From Pristiophorus japonicus (taxonomy: Eukaryota), in NCBI RefSeq assembly GCF_044704955.1, contig NW_027250648.1, positions 3,286,001-3,350,000 on the forward strand: DNA of 64,000 bases, given 5' to 3'. Both the position numbers and the translations under genes were made by a program. Below are positions 27,211 through 40,800 of the stretch, in pieces. Every line of letters begins with the position of its first letter. Position 1 is the stretch's first letter. The notes under the pieces were generated by a model. That model worked only from the letters and a program-made list of their open reading frames with translations, did not search any database and was not told the DNA's origin.

Positions 27211-27329
27211 ATTAGAGACCCTGTCCCTTTTATTGATGAATTTAAAAGTCTGTGCTAAAATGTGAGCCCCAAAGGCTTGTGTCCAATAAAGGCCCACAGT
27301 CTCCACTGGTCCCAGGCCCTGAACACGGG

Positions 27330-27900
27330 ACTGCACAAAGTCACGTCCTACGGCTCAGCCAATCAGCGGCACAAGTCCCGCCCCTCTGGCTCCCCATTGG
27401 TCGGAATCTCCCGTCAATCAGGCCGCGGGCTAGTGTCACGTGTCCCTCGAGCGCGCTCCGCCAAACTGTGTAAAGTGGTGTCGGGGACCCGGATGTGCGG
27501 ACTCTCAGGTTCGGATTTCCCTTTATTCTCCCCCTCCCCCCGCGCGATTCTCTACCCAATCGGAGCGGAGAAAACTCACTTTACGTCACCGATCGCGGCT
27601 CTTTAACGGACACAAACGCCTTTCCCCGGAAGGCCCCGCGCCGACCCGTCTCCGCGCCACAAGATCCGATCGCGCAGGCGTAGCCCCGTGTGTGGGGGAG
27701 GTTAGCGTCCTCTGGGCATGCGCGGTTATTACGAACAGTGACCGAGAGGGGGCGTTGTGCCGGGCGCGGTTCCCGGACGCTGGGCTGTCAATCACGCATC
27801 AGGCAGTGCGACTGCTGGTGAGACCTGTGACGTCATAGAATCCCAGACAGTGACATCACAGAAGGAGGCCATTCGGCCCATCGTGTCCCTGCCGGCCGGC
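27330..27900. promoter_or_regulatory. CpG island / candidate promoter, possibly for ZNF cassette B
   Basis: High CpG density; CCAAT boxes (27359, 27557); E-box GTCACGTG about 27435; CRE TGACGTCA 27828. Confidence 0.65.
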
Positions 27901-29643
27901 ATAGAGCTCTCCAGCCTAATAAGAATTAGGAACAGGAGTAGGCCATCTAGCCCCTCGAGCCTGTTCCGCCATTCAATAAGATCATGGCTGATCTGGGCGT
28001 GGACTCAGCTCCACTTACCCGACCTCTCCCCGTAACCCTTAATTCCCTCATTGGTTAAAAATCTATCTATCTTTGACTTGAAAACATTCAATGAGCTAGC
28101 CTCAACTGCTTCCTTGGGCAGAGAATTCCACAGATTCACAACCCTCTGGGAGAAGAAATTCTTTCTCAACTCGGTTTTAAATTGGCTAATCCGTATTTTG
28201 AAGCTGTGCCCCCTAGTTCTAGACTCCCCCACCAATGGAAACAACCTCTCTGCCTCTATCTTGTTTATCCCTTTCATGATTTTAAATGTTTCTATAAGAT
28301 CACCCCTCATCCTTCTGAACTCCAAGGAATAAAGACCCAGTCTACTCAATCTATCATCATAAGGTAACCCCCTCATTTCTGGAATCAGCCGAGTGAATCG
28401 TCTCTGTACCCCTTCCAAAGCTAGTATATCCTTCCTTAAGTAAGGTGACCAAAACGGCACGCAGTACTCCAGGTGCGGCCTCACCGATACCTTATACAGT
28501 TGCAGCAAGACCTCCCTGCTTTTGTACTCCATCCCTTTCGCAATGAAGGCCAACATTCCATTTGCCTTCCTGATTACCTGCTGCACCTGCAAACTAACCT
28601 TTTGGGATTCATTCACAAGGACTCTAAAAGAGTTTCATTCAGAAGGACCCCCAGGTCCCTCTGCACCACAGCATGTTGTAATTTCTCCCCATTCAAATAA
28701 TATTCCCTTTTACTGTTTTTTTTCCCAAGATGGATGACCTCACACTTTCCGACATTGTATTCCATCTGCCAAACCTTAGCCCATTCGCTTAACCTATCCA
28801 AATCTCCTTGCAGCCTCTCTGAGTCCTCTACACAACCCGCTTTCCCACTAATCTTAGTGTCATCTGCAAATTTTGTTGCACTACACTCTGTCCCCTCCTC
28901 TAGGTCATCTATGTATATTGTAAACAGTTGTGGTCCCAGCACTGATCCCTGTGGCACACCACTAACCACTGATTTCCAACCGGAAAAGGACCCATTTATC
29001 CCGACTCTCTGCTTTCTGTTCGCCAGCCAATTCTCTATCCATGCTAATACATTTCCTCTGACTCCGCGTACCTTTATCTTCTGCAGTAACCTTTTGTGTG
29101 GCACCTTATCGAATGCCTTTTGGAAATCTAAATACACCACATCCATCGGTCCACCTCTATCCACCATGCTCCTTATATCCTCAAAGAATTCCAGTAAGTT
29201 AGTTAAACATGATTTCCCTTTCATGAATCCATGCTGCGTCTGCTTGATTGCACTATTCCTATCCAGATGTCCCGCTATTTCTTCCTTAATAATAGTTTCA
29301 AGCATTTTCCCCACTACAGATGTTAAACTAACCGGCCTATAGTTACCTGCCTTTTGCCTGCCCCCTTTTTTAAACAGAGGCGTTACATTAGCTGCTCTCC
29401 AATCCGCTGGTACCTCCCCAGAGTCCAGAGAATTTTGATAGATTATAACAAATGCATCTGCTATAATTTCCGCCATCTCTTTTAATACCCTGGGATGCAT
29501 TTCATCAGGACCAGGGGACTTGTCTACCTTCAATCGCATTAGTCGTCCAGCACTACCTCCCTAGTGATAGTGATCATCTCAAGGTCCTCCCTTTCCACAT
29601 TCCTATGACCAGCAATTTTTGGCATGGTTTTTGTGTCTTCCAC

Positions 29644-29858
29644 TGTGGATATCTGAACGGAATATATGGAATTAAGGACAGTAAAATAAACTGGATATAT
29701 GAAAATGTATAAGCCATGGCAGAATAGCTGGGAGAATATCTTCTGTCTGATAAGTCTTGCCGGCCGGTAAAATAAAGACTGCTTTGTTCAAAGCACAAGA
29801 GGTATTCGACTCAGTAATTTTACTGAACCAAATTGAGAGAAAAGAATCTACATTTACA
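29644..29858 (+). mobile_element. Short solo LTR (215 bp) inserted in CR1 ORF2
   Basis: TG...CA ends, 4 bp TSD CCAC (29640-29643, 29859-29862), TATAA and AATAAA inside. Confidence 0.8.
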
Positions 29859-31223
29859 CCACTGTGAAGACGGAAGCAAAATAATTGTTTAAGGTCTCAG
29901 CCATTTCCACATTTCCCATTATTAAATCCCCCTTTTCATCTTCTAAGGGACCAACATTTACTTTAGTCACTCTTTTCCATTTTATATATCTGTAAAAGCT
30001 TTTACTATCTGTTTTTATGTTTTGCGCAAATTTACCTTCGTAATCTATCTTCCCTTTCTTTATTGCTTTTTTAGTCATTCTTTGCTGTTGCTTAAAATTT
30101 TCCCAATCCTTTAGATTCCCACTAACCTTGGGCACCTTATACGCATTGGTCTTTGATTTGATACTTTCCTTTATTTCCTTGGTTACCCACGGCTGGTTAT
30201 CTCTTCTCTTGCCGCCCTTCTTTTTCACTGGAATATATTTTTGTTGCGCATTATGAAAAGTCCTCCACTGTTCCTCAATTGTGCCACCGTTTAGTCCTTG
30301 TTTCCAGTCTACTTTAGCCAACTCTGCCCTCATCCCACTGTAGTCCCCTTTGTTTAAGCATAGTACTCTCGTTTCTGACACAACTTTCTCATCCTCAATC
30401 TGTATTACAAATTCAACCATTTTGTGATCACTCATTCCGAGAGGATCTTTTACGAGGAGATCGTTTATTTTTCCTGTCTCGTTACACAGGACCAGATCCA
30501 AAATGGCTTGCTCCCTTGTAGGCTCTGTTACATACTGTTCTAAGAAACAATCCCGAATGCATTCTATGAATTCCTCCTCCAGGCTACCCCCTGCGATTTG
30601 ATTTGACCAATCGATATGTAGGTTAAAATCTCCCATAACTACTGCTGTTCCTTTTTCACATGCCTCCATTATTCCCTTGATTATTGCCCGCCCCACCATG
30701 AAGTTATTATTTGGGGGCCTATAAACTACGCCGACCAGTGACTTTTTCCCCTTACTATCTCTAATCTCCACCCACAATGATTCAACATTTTGTTCATTGG
30801 AGCCAATATCATCCCTCACAACTGCCCTGATATCATCCCTTATTAACAGAGCTACCCCACCTCCCTTCCCTTCCTGCCTATCTTTCCGAATCGTCAGATA
30901 CCCCTGTACGTTTAATTCCCAGTCCTGGCCACCTTGCAACCATGTCTCTGTAATGGCCACCAAATCATACCCATTTGTAATGATTTGTGCCGTCAATTCA
31001 TTTACTTTATTTCTAATGCTGCGTGCATTTAGGTAGAGTGTTTTTAAACCATGATTTTTAGTTTTTACCCCTCCTGCAGCCCTTTTATAGTCAGTGGTCC
31101 TTTTTGTTTCTTGCCTTTGGTTTCTCTGCCCTCCACTTTTACTCATCTCTTTTCTGTCTTTTGATTTTGTCTCCTTTTTGTTTCCCTCTGTCTACCTGTA
31201 TTGGTTCCCATCCCCCTGCCATA

Positions 31224-32153
31224 TTAGTTTAACTCCTCACCAACAGCACGAGCAAACACTCCCCCTAGGACATTGGTTCCGTTCCTGCCCAAGTGCAGAC
31301 CGTCCGGTTTGTAATGGTCCCACCTCCCCCAGAACCTGTTCCAATGCCCCACGAATTTGAATCCCTCAAGCCACGTATTCATCTGTGCTATCCTGCGATT
31401 CCTACTCTGACTAGCACGTGGCACTGGTAGCAATCCCGAGATTACTACTTTTGAGGTCCTACTTTTTAATTTAACTCCTAGCTCCTTAAATTCGTCTCGT
31501 AGGACCTTATCCCTTTTTTTACCTATGTCGTTGGTACCAATATGCACCACGACAACTGGCTGTTCTCCCTCCCTTTTCAGAATGTCCTGCACTCGCTCGG
31601 AGACATCCTTGACCCTTGCACCAGGGAGGCAACATACCATCCTGGACTCTCGATTGCGGCCGCAGAAACGCCTATCTATTCCCCTTATGATTGAATCCCC
31701 TATCACTTTCGCTCTCCCACTCTTTTTTATGCCCTCCTGTACAACAGAGCCAGCCACGGTGCCATGAACTTGGCTGCTGTTGCTCTCCCCTAATGAGTCA
31801 TCTCTCTCAACAGCACTCAAAACAGTGTATCTGTTTTGCAGGGGGATGACCACAGGGGATCCCTGCACTACCTTCTTTGTACTACTCTTCCTGCTGGTCT
31901 TCCATTCCCTAGCTGGCTGTGAATCCTTCTCATGCGGTAAGACCAACTCACTACAGGTGCCACTTATGTCATTCTCAGCATCGTGGATGCTCCAGAGTGA
32001 ATCCACCCTCAGCTCCAATTCTGCAACGCGGTCCATCAGGAGATGGAGGCGGATACACTTCTTACACATGTAGTTGTAAGGGACACCGGAAGCGTCCCTG
32101 AGTTCCCACATGGCACAGGAGGAGCATATCACGTGACCGATCTCTCCTGCCAT
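31224..32153 (-). CDS. CR1 ORF1 protein (zinc-finger/leucine-zipper-like N-terminus plus esterase domain)
   Basis: 309 aa open frame; CxxC..CxxC, GDS and HIGTND esterase motifs. Confidence 0.85.
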   Translation of the reverse strand: MAGEIGHVICSSCAMWELRDASGVPYNYMCKKCIRLHLLMDRVAELELRVDSLWSIHDAENDISGTCSELVLPHEKDSQPAREWKTSRKSSTKKVVQGSPVVIPLQNRYTVLSAVERDDSLGESNSSQVHGTVAGSVVQEGIKKSGRAKVIGDSIIRGIDRRFCGRNRESRMVCCLPGARVKDVSERVQDILKREGEQPVVVVHIGTNDIGKKRDKVLRDEFKELGVKLKSRTSKVVISGLLPVPRASQSRNRRIAQMNTWLEGFKFVGHWNRFWGRWDHYKPDGLHLGRNGTNVLGGVFARAVGEELN

Positions 32154-32340
32154 GCCTTAACCCTTAGATACCCTTAAATTGGTAATAACAATGCTACAGT
32201 TTACTTACTGATATAAAAATAAAAAGAAAAGCTACTCACCAATCACCAGCCAATCACTTACCCCATTGGCTGTGACGTCACCTTTTGATTCCTTTCTACT
32301 TCTTTTTTTCTTTCTCTCCTGCTGTAGCTGCACCGGTACG

Positions 32341-32535
32341 CCTTTTATAGGCCGCTCCGACACTGCTCCCACCTCACACCAACTGCCGCTGACTCTCGAG
32401 CTCCCGCTGGGCCTTTTATAGGCCGCTCCGACGCTGCTCCCACCTCTCACCAACTGCCGCTGACTCTCGAGCTCCCGCTGGGCCTTTTATAGGCCGCTCC
32501 GACACTGCTCCCACCTCTCACCAACTGCCACTGTA
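32341..32535 (-). repeat. 71 bp tandem monomers in the CR1 5' UTR
   Basis: Units start at 32341, 32412 and 32483; each reads TATAAAAGG on the minus strand. Confidence 0.9.
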
Positions 32536-32554
32536 CAGCTCTTGGCTTACATTG

Positions 32555-32985
32555 ATATAAGACTTACATTTATATAGCGCCTCTCACGGCCACCGGACGT
32601 CTCAAAGCTCTTTACAGGGAATGAAGTTCTGTTGGAGCGTAGTCACTGTCGTAATGTGGGAAACGCGGCAGCCAATCTGCGCACAGCAAGCTCCCACAAA
32701 CAGCGACGTGGTTGAGGGATAAATATTGGCCAGGTCACGGGAGATTACTCACCTGATCTACATCGAATTAGTGCCATGGGATCTTTTACGTCCACTAGAG
32801 AGAGAGAGAGCAGACGAGTTGAATGTCTCATCCGAAAGACGGCTCCTCCGACAGTGCAGCACTCCCTCAGCACTGTACTGCACTGTCAGCCTACAGTTTC
32901 TGTGCTCAAGTCCCTGGAGTGGGACTTGAATCCACAACCTTCTGACTCCGAGATGTGAGTGCTACCCACTGAGCCACAGCTGACC
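32555..32985 (-). mobile_element. tRNA-derived SINE
   Basis: Minus-strand tRNA-like head (GTGGCTCAGTGGGTAGCA...GGATTCAAGTCCC) and GCGCTATATAAATG tail; related copy at about 35190-35580 and fragment at about 5815-5880. Confidence 0.75.
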
Positions 32986-32989
32986 CCTC

Positions 32990-33833
32990 TGCTAAGGGAC
33001 ATAGGTCCTTACTATCCACTCTATCCAAGCCCTCATAATTTTATACACCTCAATTAGGTCTCTCCTCTAATCCTTCAACCAATTTCTTTAATTCTATGCC
33101 CCCCACCCCCACCCCCCGAGTTATTGACCATTCTGCTAAGGGACATAGGTCCTTTCTATCCACTCTATCTCGGCCCCTCAAGTACAATCTCCTCTTCGAG
33201 GCCACCTGCAGCCACTCCCAGTGCATCATTCGTCCCTCCGTGATTACAGTCCGGCGGAAGTACATAATGTCCATCTTTTGTATACTTATCTAACTGCCTT
33301 GTAGCTGATTGCATTTATTCATTAAAGTTTTAACTTTAAAATGTAACCTCGCCCTAACGGAAAATTAGTTTACCCGGAATTACCAAATGCCCGAGCGAGC
33401 CGGATAAACAAGATTTCTTGCAATTTTAAATGCTATGAGGGTTTCTGCCTCTACCGCCCTTTCAGGCAGTGAGTTCCAGACTCTCACCATCCTGTGGGTG
33501 AAAAAACTTCTCCTCAAATCCCATTCAAACCTTTGACCAATTACTTTAAATCTATTCCCCCCTGTTATTGACCCCTCGACTAAGGGAAGTAGGTCCTTCC
33601 CATCCACTCTTATCTAGGTCCCTCATAATTTTATACACCTCAAATGAGGTCTCCCCTCTACCTCCTCCGTTCCAAAGAAAACAACCCCAGCCTATCCAAT
33701 CTGTCCTCATAGATAACATTTTCCGCTCCAGGCAACATCTTCGTAAATCTTTGTACTCTCTCTGGTGCAATCACATCTTTCCTGTAATGTGGTGACCAGA
33801 ACTGCACACAGTACTCTAGCTGTGGCCTAACTA
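32990..33833 (-). mobile_element. CR1 fragments with internal duplication
   Basis: FFTHRMVRVWNSLP motif; GCTAAGGGACATAGGTCC repeated. Confidence 0.7.
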
Positions 33834-34053
33834 GAACCCAGCCAGAGTCAGCAGTTTCAGCAAGAAGGAAAAAATGTTGTCGATGATGTAATGGGTTTGG
33901 ATTTCAGCACGGGGATAGCGATAGTGTGTGGACAGGCATTTACAGGTGTGGGGACACCAGAGAGGAATGTGTGTACCAAAGAAACTAGAATTGACTGTTC
34001 TGAATTTCTAGTCTGTCCTTACAGTGATGACTTTTGTAAACTCTTTTTTACAG

Positions 34054-34958
34054 GGGATTAGAAGGGGAGGATTTGCAGATGGGAAACTCGAACCAAACAT
34101 CACCAAGATCTGACACTCACTCGATCCACCGCAACATGAATATCATCGGCCTTTGACTGTGGACAAAGAAATGTTTTTCTGTCCTGTCCGTGGGAACAGA
34201 TTTCACCAAGTGAGAGTGTTCCAGTGCACTGACTGTGGAAAGAGCTTTAACCAGTTACACAGCCTGAAAAAACATTGCACAGCGGAGAGAAACCGTACAC
34301 GTGTTGTGTGTGTGGACAAGGCTTCAACTGATCATCCAACCTGGAGAGACACAAGGACACCCGCACCACGGAGAAACAGTGGGAATGTGGGGACTGTGGG
34401 AAGGTATTCAGATCCCCGTCTGAGTTGGAAATGCACCATCGCAGTCACACCGGAGAGAGGCCGTTCGCTTGCTGTGTGTGTGGAAAGGGATTCACTATTT
34501 CATCCAACCTCTTTGAACACCAGCGAGTTCACAGTGGGGAGAGACCGTTCATCTGTTCCTTGTGTGGGAAGGGATTCACTTGTTCATCTCACCTCACTGA
34601 TCACAAGCAAGTTCACACCAGAGAGACACCGTTTGTCTGCTCCATGTGTGGGAAAGGATTCATGAAATCATCTCACCATCTGAGACACCTGCGTTTTCAC
34701 TCTGACGAGAGACCATTCACCTGGTCCGTGTGTGGGAAGGGATTCACTTGTTCATCCAACCTCACTACACACCAAGTTGTTCAAAGCAATAAGAGACCGT
34801 TTAAATGTTCTGACTGTGAGAAGAGCTTTAAAAGCAGAAGTGATCTGATGAAACACCAACGCACTCACACTGGGGAGAGGCCGTTCACCTGCTCCGTGTA
34901 TGGGAAGGAATTCACTTGTTCATCCAGCCTGCTGACACACCAGCGAGTTCACAAGTGA
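34054..34958 (+). pseudogene. C2H2 ZNF cassette B terminal exon; 5' part disrupted, frame 34332-34958 open with 7 fingers (2 degenerate)
   Basis: Acceptor TTTTTACAG|; HTGERPF linkers; frameshifts and TGA 34329 upstream; ORF 34425-34958 could still be translated. Confidence 0.85.
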
Positions 34959-35189
34959 TTGCAGGGTTGGATTCTGCTGTGAATCACATCGGGACTGAAC
35001 CGTGTTCATTCTGACAATTGGGCTGTGTTTTTGCTGTAACTGGGCTGGAATTTAATTTTCTGGATATCTGACAAATCAGCTTTGGTTCAAACACACAGTG
35101 TATCGATTCCTTGATTTCTCCAATATAAGGGGAGACTAATTGTTCTCCTTTTACCGACTGTTCCTTTTTTGGAACTTTTCTCCTTCATT

Positions 35190-35580
35190 TAACAAAGATC
35201 TGTCCTTATGTAGCACTTCACATGACCTCAGGATGTCCCAAAGTGCTTTACAGCCAATGAAGTACAACAACATCAAAGTACATTTGAAATGCATTCACTG
35301 TTGCAATGTAGGAAATGCGGCAGACAATTTGCACACAGCAAGCTGCCACGAACAGCAATGTGATACTGGCCAGATAATCTGTTTTAGTGATGTTGGTTAA
35401 GGGCTGATGGGGCCTCGGTTCAGCGATTCATCCAAAAGATGGCAACACTGACAGGGCAGCAATCCCTCAGTACTGCATTGGAATGTCAGCCTAGATTTTG
35501 TGCTCAAGTCTCCACAGGTGGACTTGAACCCACAACCTTCTGACTCAGACAAAACTGCTACCGCTGAGCCACGACTGACA
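35190..35580 (-). mobile_element. tRNA-derived SINE, diverged
   Basis: Homologous to 32555-32985. Confidence 0.7.
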
Positions 35581-36365
35581 CCCGATCATTACTCGATTAT
35601 TTTAGTTCTCATACCTTTGGTTATTCTCATGGACAAACCCCAGCTCCCCATACCTTCGAGTGCCTCTCCTAGCCTTGGTATCCAGAGAAGGTATTGGTAA
35701 CATGTCCATGTACCTGCCCTGGGAGTGTTTGATGGGACAGCTTTACTCTGTGTGTAACCCGTGCTGTACCTGACTGCAGAGTGCTTTAGGCAGATACTAG
35801 GTGCTCAGAATACCCCATTCCCCAGCACTGACATCCATCACCTCAATGAGAACATCATTTAACCCAAAGATAGAAGCCCATCAGTTGCTCCCCTGGACAC
35901 AGATGCGGAGAGACAGTGAGTGTCCCGAACATTGTTGTACAGTGTACTCAATAGTTCACCCCTGGGTCTGAGCCTTTTGGTGATGATTTGAATTTGATGC
36001 CCTCGAGTTACAAATAGTTTTTCCTCATTAACCTGATCAAATTTTGAACAATTACCCTTTGTTCTAATGAAAAGAGCCCCAGTTTCTCCAATCTCCCCTG
36101 ATAACTAAAGCCTCTCTTCCCTGGTATCGTCTCAGTGAATCTCTCTGCACCCTCTCCATGGCCTCGACATCCTTCCTGGTGTAAGATCCCCAAAACCTGA
36201 CACAATATTCAAACTGCAGCCTAACCAATGATTAGTATAGGTTTACATGACCTCTGCCCTTTTGTACTCCACACCCCTATTTATATAACCTTGGACCCCA
36301 TGTGCCTTACAACCACATGATCAACTTGTCCTCCTACTTTTATAGATTTCTGTAACTGAACCCCT

Positions 36366-37087
36366 TGTAGGTTTTAGACATATTAACATAACATGGCTAA
36401 AACACATTGACATAAACTGGCTGATATAATGTGCATCATGGGAAAAATAAGTTTAGTCTGAGTTAGAAACTCAAACAATCGATTCACTGCAGACAGGTCG
36501 CCATGGCAACACTGATAAGACATTCCATTCACTGAGCCCACTGTTGGAATCTGTAATCTGATTAGGGAAAGAACAGGGTTTGTCTGTTAGTAACCACAAT
36601 ATAAACTTAAACCAGAGTGAGTAACACAATAGATTAGATTATAATATGTGATGTTTAGATCTAAAATTGTGAAACTATAAGAAATAACAACTAATAGCAG
36701 GCAGGGGAGTTTAGGGATAATGAGAAAATTACTGAAGAAAAGTAACTGCTGTCTTTTCCTCACTTCCTGCTCAAACCCAGCAGAGAAGACAAAGAAGAGT
36801 CCGGTGCCAGAGGTGGATCAGTGCAGGGTATAAAAGTGAGGGGAGACTGATGTAAGGGGGCAGTCGGGATGGGAGACACCGGAGATCAAGCTCAGGGCGC
36901 CCGAGGTTCCATCCAGCGGGCTGACCTGGTGTCAGTTACTGTGGACACGCGGGACTTGCAAGTTTACTCTGATTGAAGGGTCATTATCAGTTACGGTGGA
37001 GGAGAGAGAATCTGCTCATCTTACATTTCTTAATAAGGTATTAAAGTTGCTGACACTCGACTCTCGAACCTGCTCATTAATTAAACA
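36366..37087 (+). mobile_element. Candidate LTR
   Basis: TG...CA ends, TATAAAA about 36829, ATTAAA about 37040; no TSD found. Confidence 0.4.
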
Positions 37088-37864
37088 TAGTATTAGCTAA
37101 AATCAAACCAAACATCACATCAAGATCTGACGTAGTCAGTCGATTCCTCAGGACATGAATATCATCGACCTTTGAATGTGCAAGGAGAAATGTTTGTTTG
37201 TTCTGTCTGGGAAAAGATTTCAAACATCAGTGTGACTGGAAAAGCACCGAGACACACACACCCGAGTGAGAGTGTTCTAGTGCATTTGTAAGATTCCAAA
37301 TCTCTGGGCTTAAATTTGACAGTGAGATGATTCTTTCAAAACAATTGGAACAGTTTATTAAACACACACACACATGCACATTATCAATAGTCATCAATTA
37401 TGTTATATCAGAGCTACAATGAGTTTATAATAACAAACGATATATAGTACTTCCCTTTGGCTGGCTGGTTATTCAATACATAATCATTAATAAACACTTT
37501 TATTCTTACAAACTCCCCACCTTGAGGTGGAAATATCCTTGTTGACCCCTCATATGGTTTATCTCCTCAGGGGTCACATATCATAGACATTGAGAGGGAG
37601 AGAGAGAAAGGCGGATGGCCTGACTTGGTCCCCACCTCGTAAGGTGTAGGCCATGTAGGAGATTTACTATAGTCCATTAACATCTCCAGCGGAGTCTCTC
37701 CCCTTTTCGTATCTTCAGTGCACCGTCGCTTCTCGAAGCACATTGACGATTGATGATGTTTGTGAGTCATGCTGCAGCTCCCGCTTCTCCATCTTCCCTC
37801 GGCTTCGGTCATGGTCAGTATCGTCCTGACAATGGTGAGGATCTGTGGGAAACAAGATCAGTGC

Positions 37865-40800
37865 AGTATTTACTCTTTGGCAGTTTTTAACTGATTAATG
37901 TGAAACCACTTCTTGTACTTAACACCGTTTTCCCCCGGTAACTGAATCAAATAAACCGCGGGGTTCAATCGGTCTATAATCTTATGCGGTCCCCACCACC
38001 TGGGCTCAAAGGCAGCTCCTTTTTCCTATAACTTGGAATCATTACCGAGTCTCCAATCTCGTATTCAAAGGGACGTACTTTCTTGTCAAGGTACCTTTTA
38101 ATTTGTCTTCTTGACTGACCCAATTTGGTGGCCACAAATCGATTGATCGGTGTGATCTACCACTTGTTCCAGCCACTTGGAACTACATGTTTTCATTGTC
38201 AGGGGACTCATCCCTGTTAGTGTTAGCTGGCCTGGTGTTCTCATGAGCCTCCCCGTCATGGCCTGATATGGGGAGACCCCTGTTGTTCTATGAGGTATGG
38301 ACCTCATTGCCATTAAGCACACTGGTAGCATGTTAGCCCATTGAGTGGGGTGGTCCATGCACAATTTTTTTAACATTAACTTGAGGGTCCTGTTCCCTCT
38401 TTCGACCCCTCCGGACGACTGGGGGGTGGTGAGCAATATGTAATTTGTGGTTTATCCCCAACATTTCCTACAGGTGGGTAAAAATTTTACTGGTAAAGTG
38501 TGAACCTTGATCGCTGTCCACTTGTACTGGTACTGCCCACCTACAAAACACATGATTCAATAGTGTTTTGGCTGCGGTGAGCAGCAGGGGAATGCTTTGA
38601 CCATTTAGTGAATTGATACACCACCACTAGGGCATGCTGAAAATTTCCTTGCGCCTGTGGAAGTGGCCCAATGAAGTCTATCTGGAGGTGAGTCCATGGC
38701 CCTTGAGGTGGGGGTGCGCTTTGAAGCAAGGCTCAGTTAGTGCATGCGGAAGGATTGGTTGCAGGCACGGTAGGCATCGTGCCATGTATTGGTTGATTGT
38801 TTCCCTCATGGAAGGCCACCAAGCTGTGGCTGCTACCTTGTAGAAGGTTACCAGGGCCAAATAGTGCCCTGCTGTGGGGTGGGAGTGGGAGGGAAAGCAG
38901 TTTGGTGTGGGAACACACACCACCGGGCAGGCGTTTGGCTTTCTTTTGAACATCAGCAACTGCTCATGAGTCAGGGGCAGTAGCTAGTATGGTATTGGGA
39001 GCCCAGGCTGTTGTTTGAGGAAGGGGTCTGCCTTCCTCGTGCCAGGCGCTTACAACAGCATATGACCAGTATTGCTGCTGCAGGGATTTTAAATCTAGGT
39101 GATCTGTTGGAGGGCGCCTTGCTAACACCATTACAGGGCTCAACAACTATACCCTCTATCTCTGCATCAAGCGCAGCATCCTTGGCTGCTCTGGAATTTC
39201 CCTCACTATGTGGACCTCCCTTCCTATGGGTTGCTACCTTTCCTATGAAGCAGGGCTGGGAACGCTGTTTAAGGTATGACCAGAGCAGGCGTAACCAGAG
39301 CCCATTGACCAGGGCCTTACCATCTATCGTACAATAGTCATTTTTGTGGTATAGGGGCAGGGAGAGCATGGTGTTTATAGCATAGACACTATCAGACCAA
39401 ATATTCACGGGCCTATCTGAGGTCTCCTTTACAGCAGTTAGAAGTGTGTCGATATTGTGAAGAATGTCTGTTGCATCTTCACTGGATGGTTCTTTTTGGC
39501 AATACCACAGCATACCCGGTATGAGGGGATCCTTCAATGTGATATGAGGACCCATCGATGCAGACATCTGGGGCACCCTTTATGGGCTCTTTCTGCACAG
39601 GATGGGTCTCAAAGTTAATCAGGAGTAACGGACATTCATGCGGGTCCCCCTCATAGATCAGAAATTGTGGCAGGAAGGTGGTGGGTATCAGTGTCTCTTT
39701 CCATAAATTCCAATATCCATTTGCTGAGGCGCTGCGAGGAAACTAGTGAATCTCCAGGTTTCATCAGTATCAGAGGTGTGTGTCCACTGTGCAGGATTGT
39801 AGTCTGTAACCCAGTACTAAAGGTAAAGTGATGTACCGACCAAAAGACGGCCAGTAGGTGGCGCTCGCCTGTGATATACGTCTTTTCTGCCCCCTGCAGG
39901 ATTCGAGATGCATATGCAATGGACTGTAGTCGATTAGCTCGCATTGGACACAGAACTACAGTGAGGCTTTGCTCTGTGGCCCCGACCTCCAAATGGAAGG
40001 GCTGCGTGGGATCAGGAGGGATCAGACATGCGGCCTGTATCACTGCAGTTTTTAATTTAGCCATGGACTGGGTGTGGGCATCAGTCTATGCTGGGCTATG
40101 TCATCACCCTGCAGTTTTATTAAATCATACAGGGGCTTTACACACTCTGCAAAGCCTAGGATAAAGTTCCTTTGATACCCATCAAACCCAAGAATGATCG
40201 TAGGGCTGTTTTGGAAGTGGGTAATGGCAGTCGCTGTATTATCTCCACCTTGTGAGAGTCGGGGGATGATCCCTCTGGAGAAATGGATACTCCTAGAAAG
40301 GTGACCCGTTCTTTTACTAATTGAGCCTTACGGGGATTCACCTTTAGTCCCGCCTGAGCCAACAATGTCAAAAGTTCATGCAAAAGGGACAGATGCCACT
40401 CCATGCTGTTGGTTTCCAGCAGTAGGTCGTCTATATACTGCAGCAAGCAGGTAGGGTGGGAGAAATTGCAGCCATTCTTTTGTGGAATATCGTGGGGGCA
40501 TTGTGGAACCCCTGAGGCAAGCATGTCCAGGTGTCTATCTGGTCCTCAAATGTGAGCGCAAATTTGTAGTGGTTTTCCCCTTTAACAGAGATACTCCAGA
40601 ATCCATTGGCAATGTCGAGGGTCGAGAAGTACTTAGAACCAGCAGGAATTTGAGATAATATGGTAAGAGTTTCTCTTACTACCGGTGAGCAGGCTGGTGT
40701 TATAGAATTTAACTTTCTGTAATCAATAGTCAGTCACCAGCTGCTATCAGGCTTTTTAACCGACCATGTGGATGAATTTGTCATGAAAGTGCCTGTCCCA

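Larger units (their letters stand above)
27920..32535 (-). mobile_element. Near full-length CR1 LINE
   Basis: ORF1 31224-32153 (Cys-rich N-terminus, SGNH esterase GDSIIRG); ORF2 pieces 29854-31146, 28613-29539, 28005-28616; 3' UTR; 5' UTR repeats. Confidence 0.96.

Noticed and set aside
32900-32985. tRNA gene
   Set aside because: Degenerate tRNA-like head attached to a SINE body
37567-37812. Short ORF between IN and the 3' LTR as env or an accessory gene
   Set aside because: 81 aa, with no signal peptide, TM or fusion-protein features
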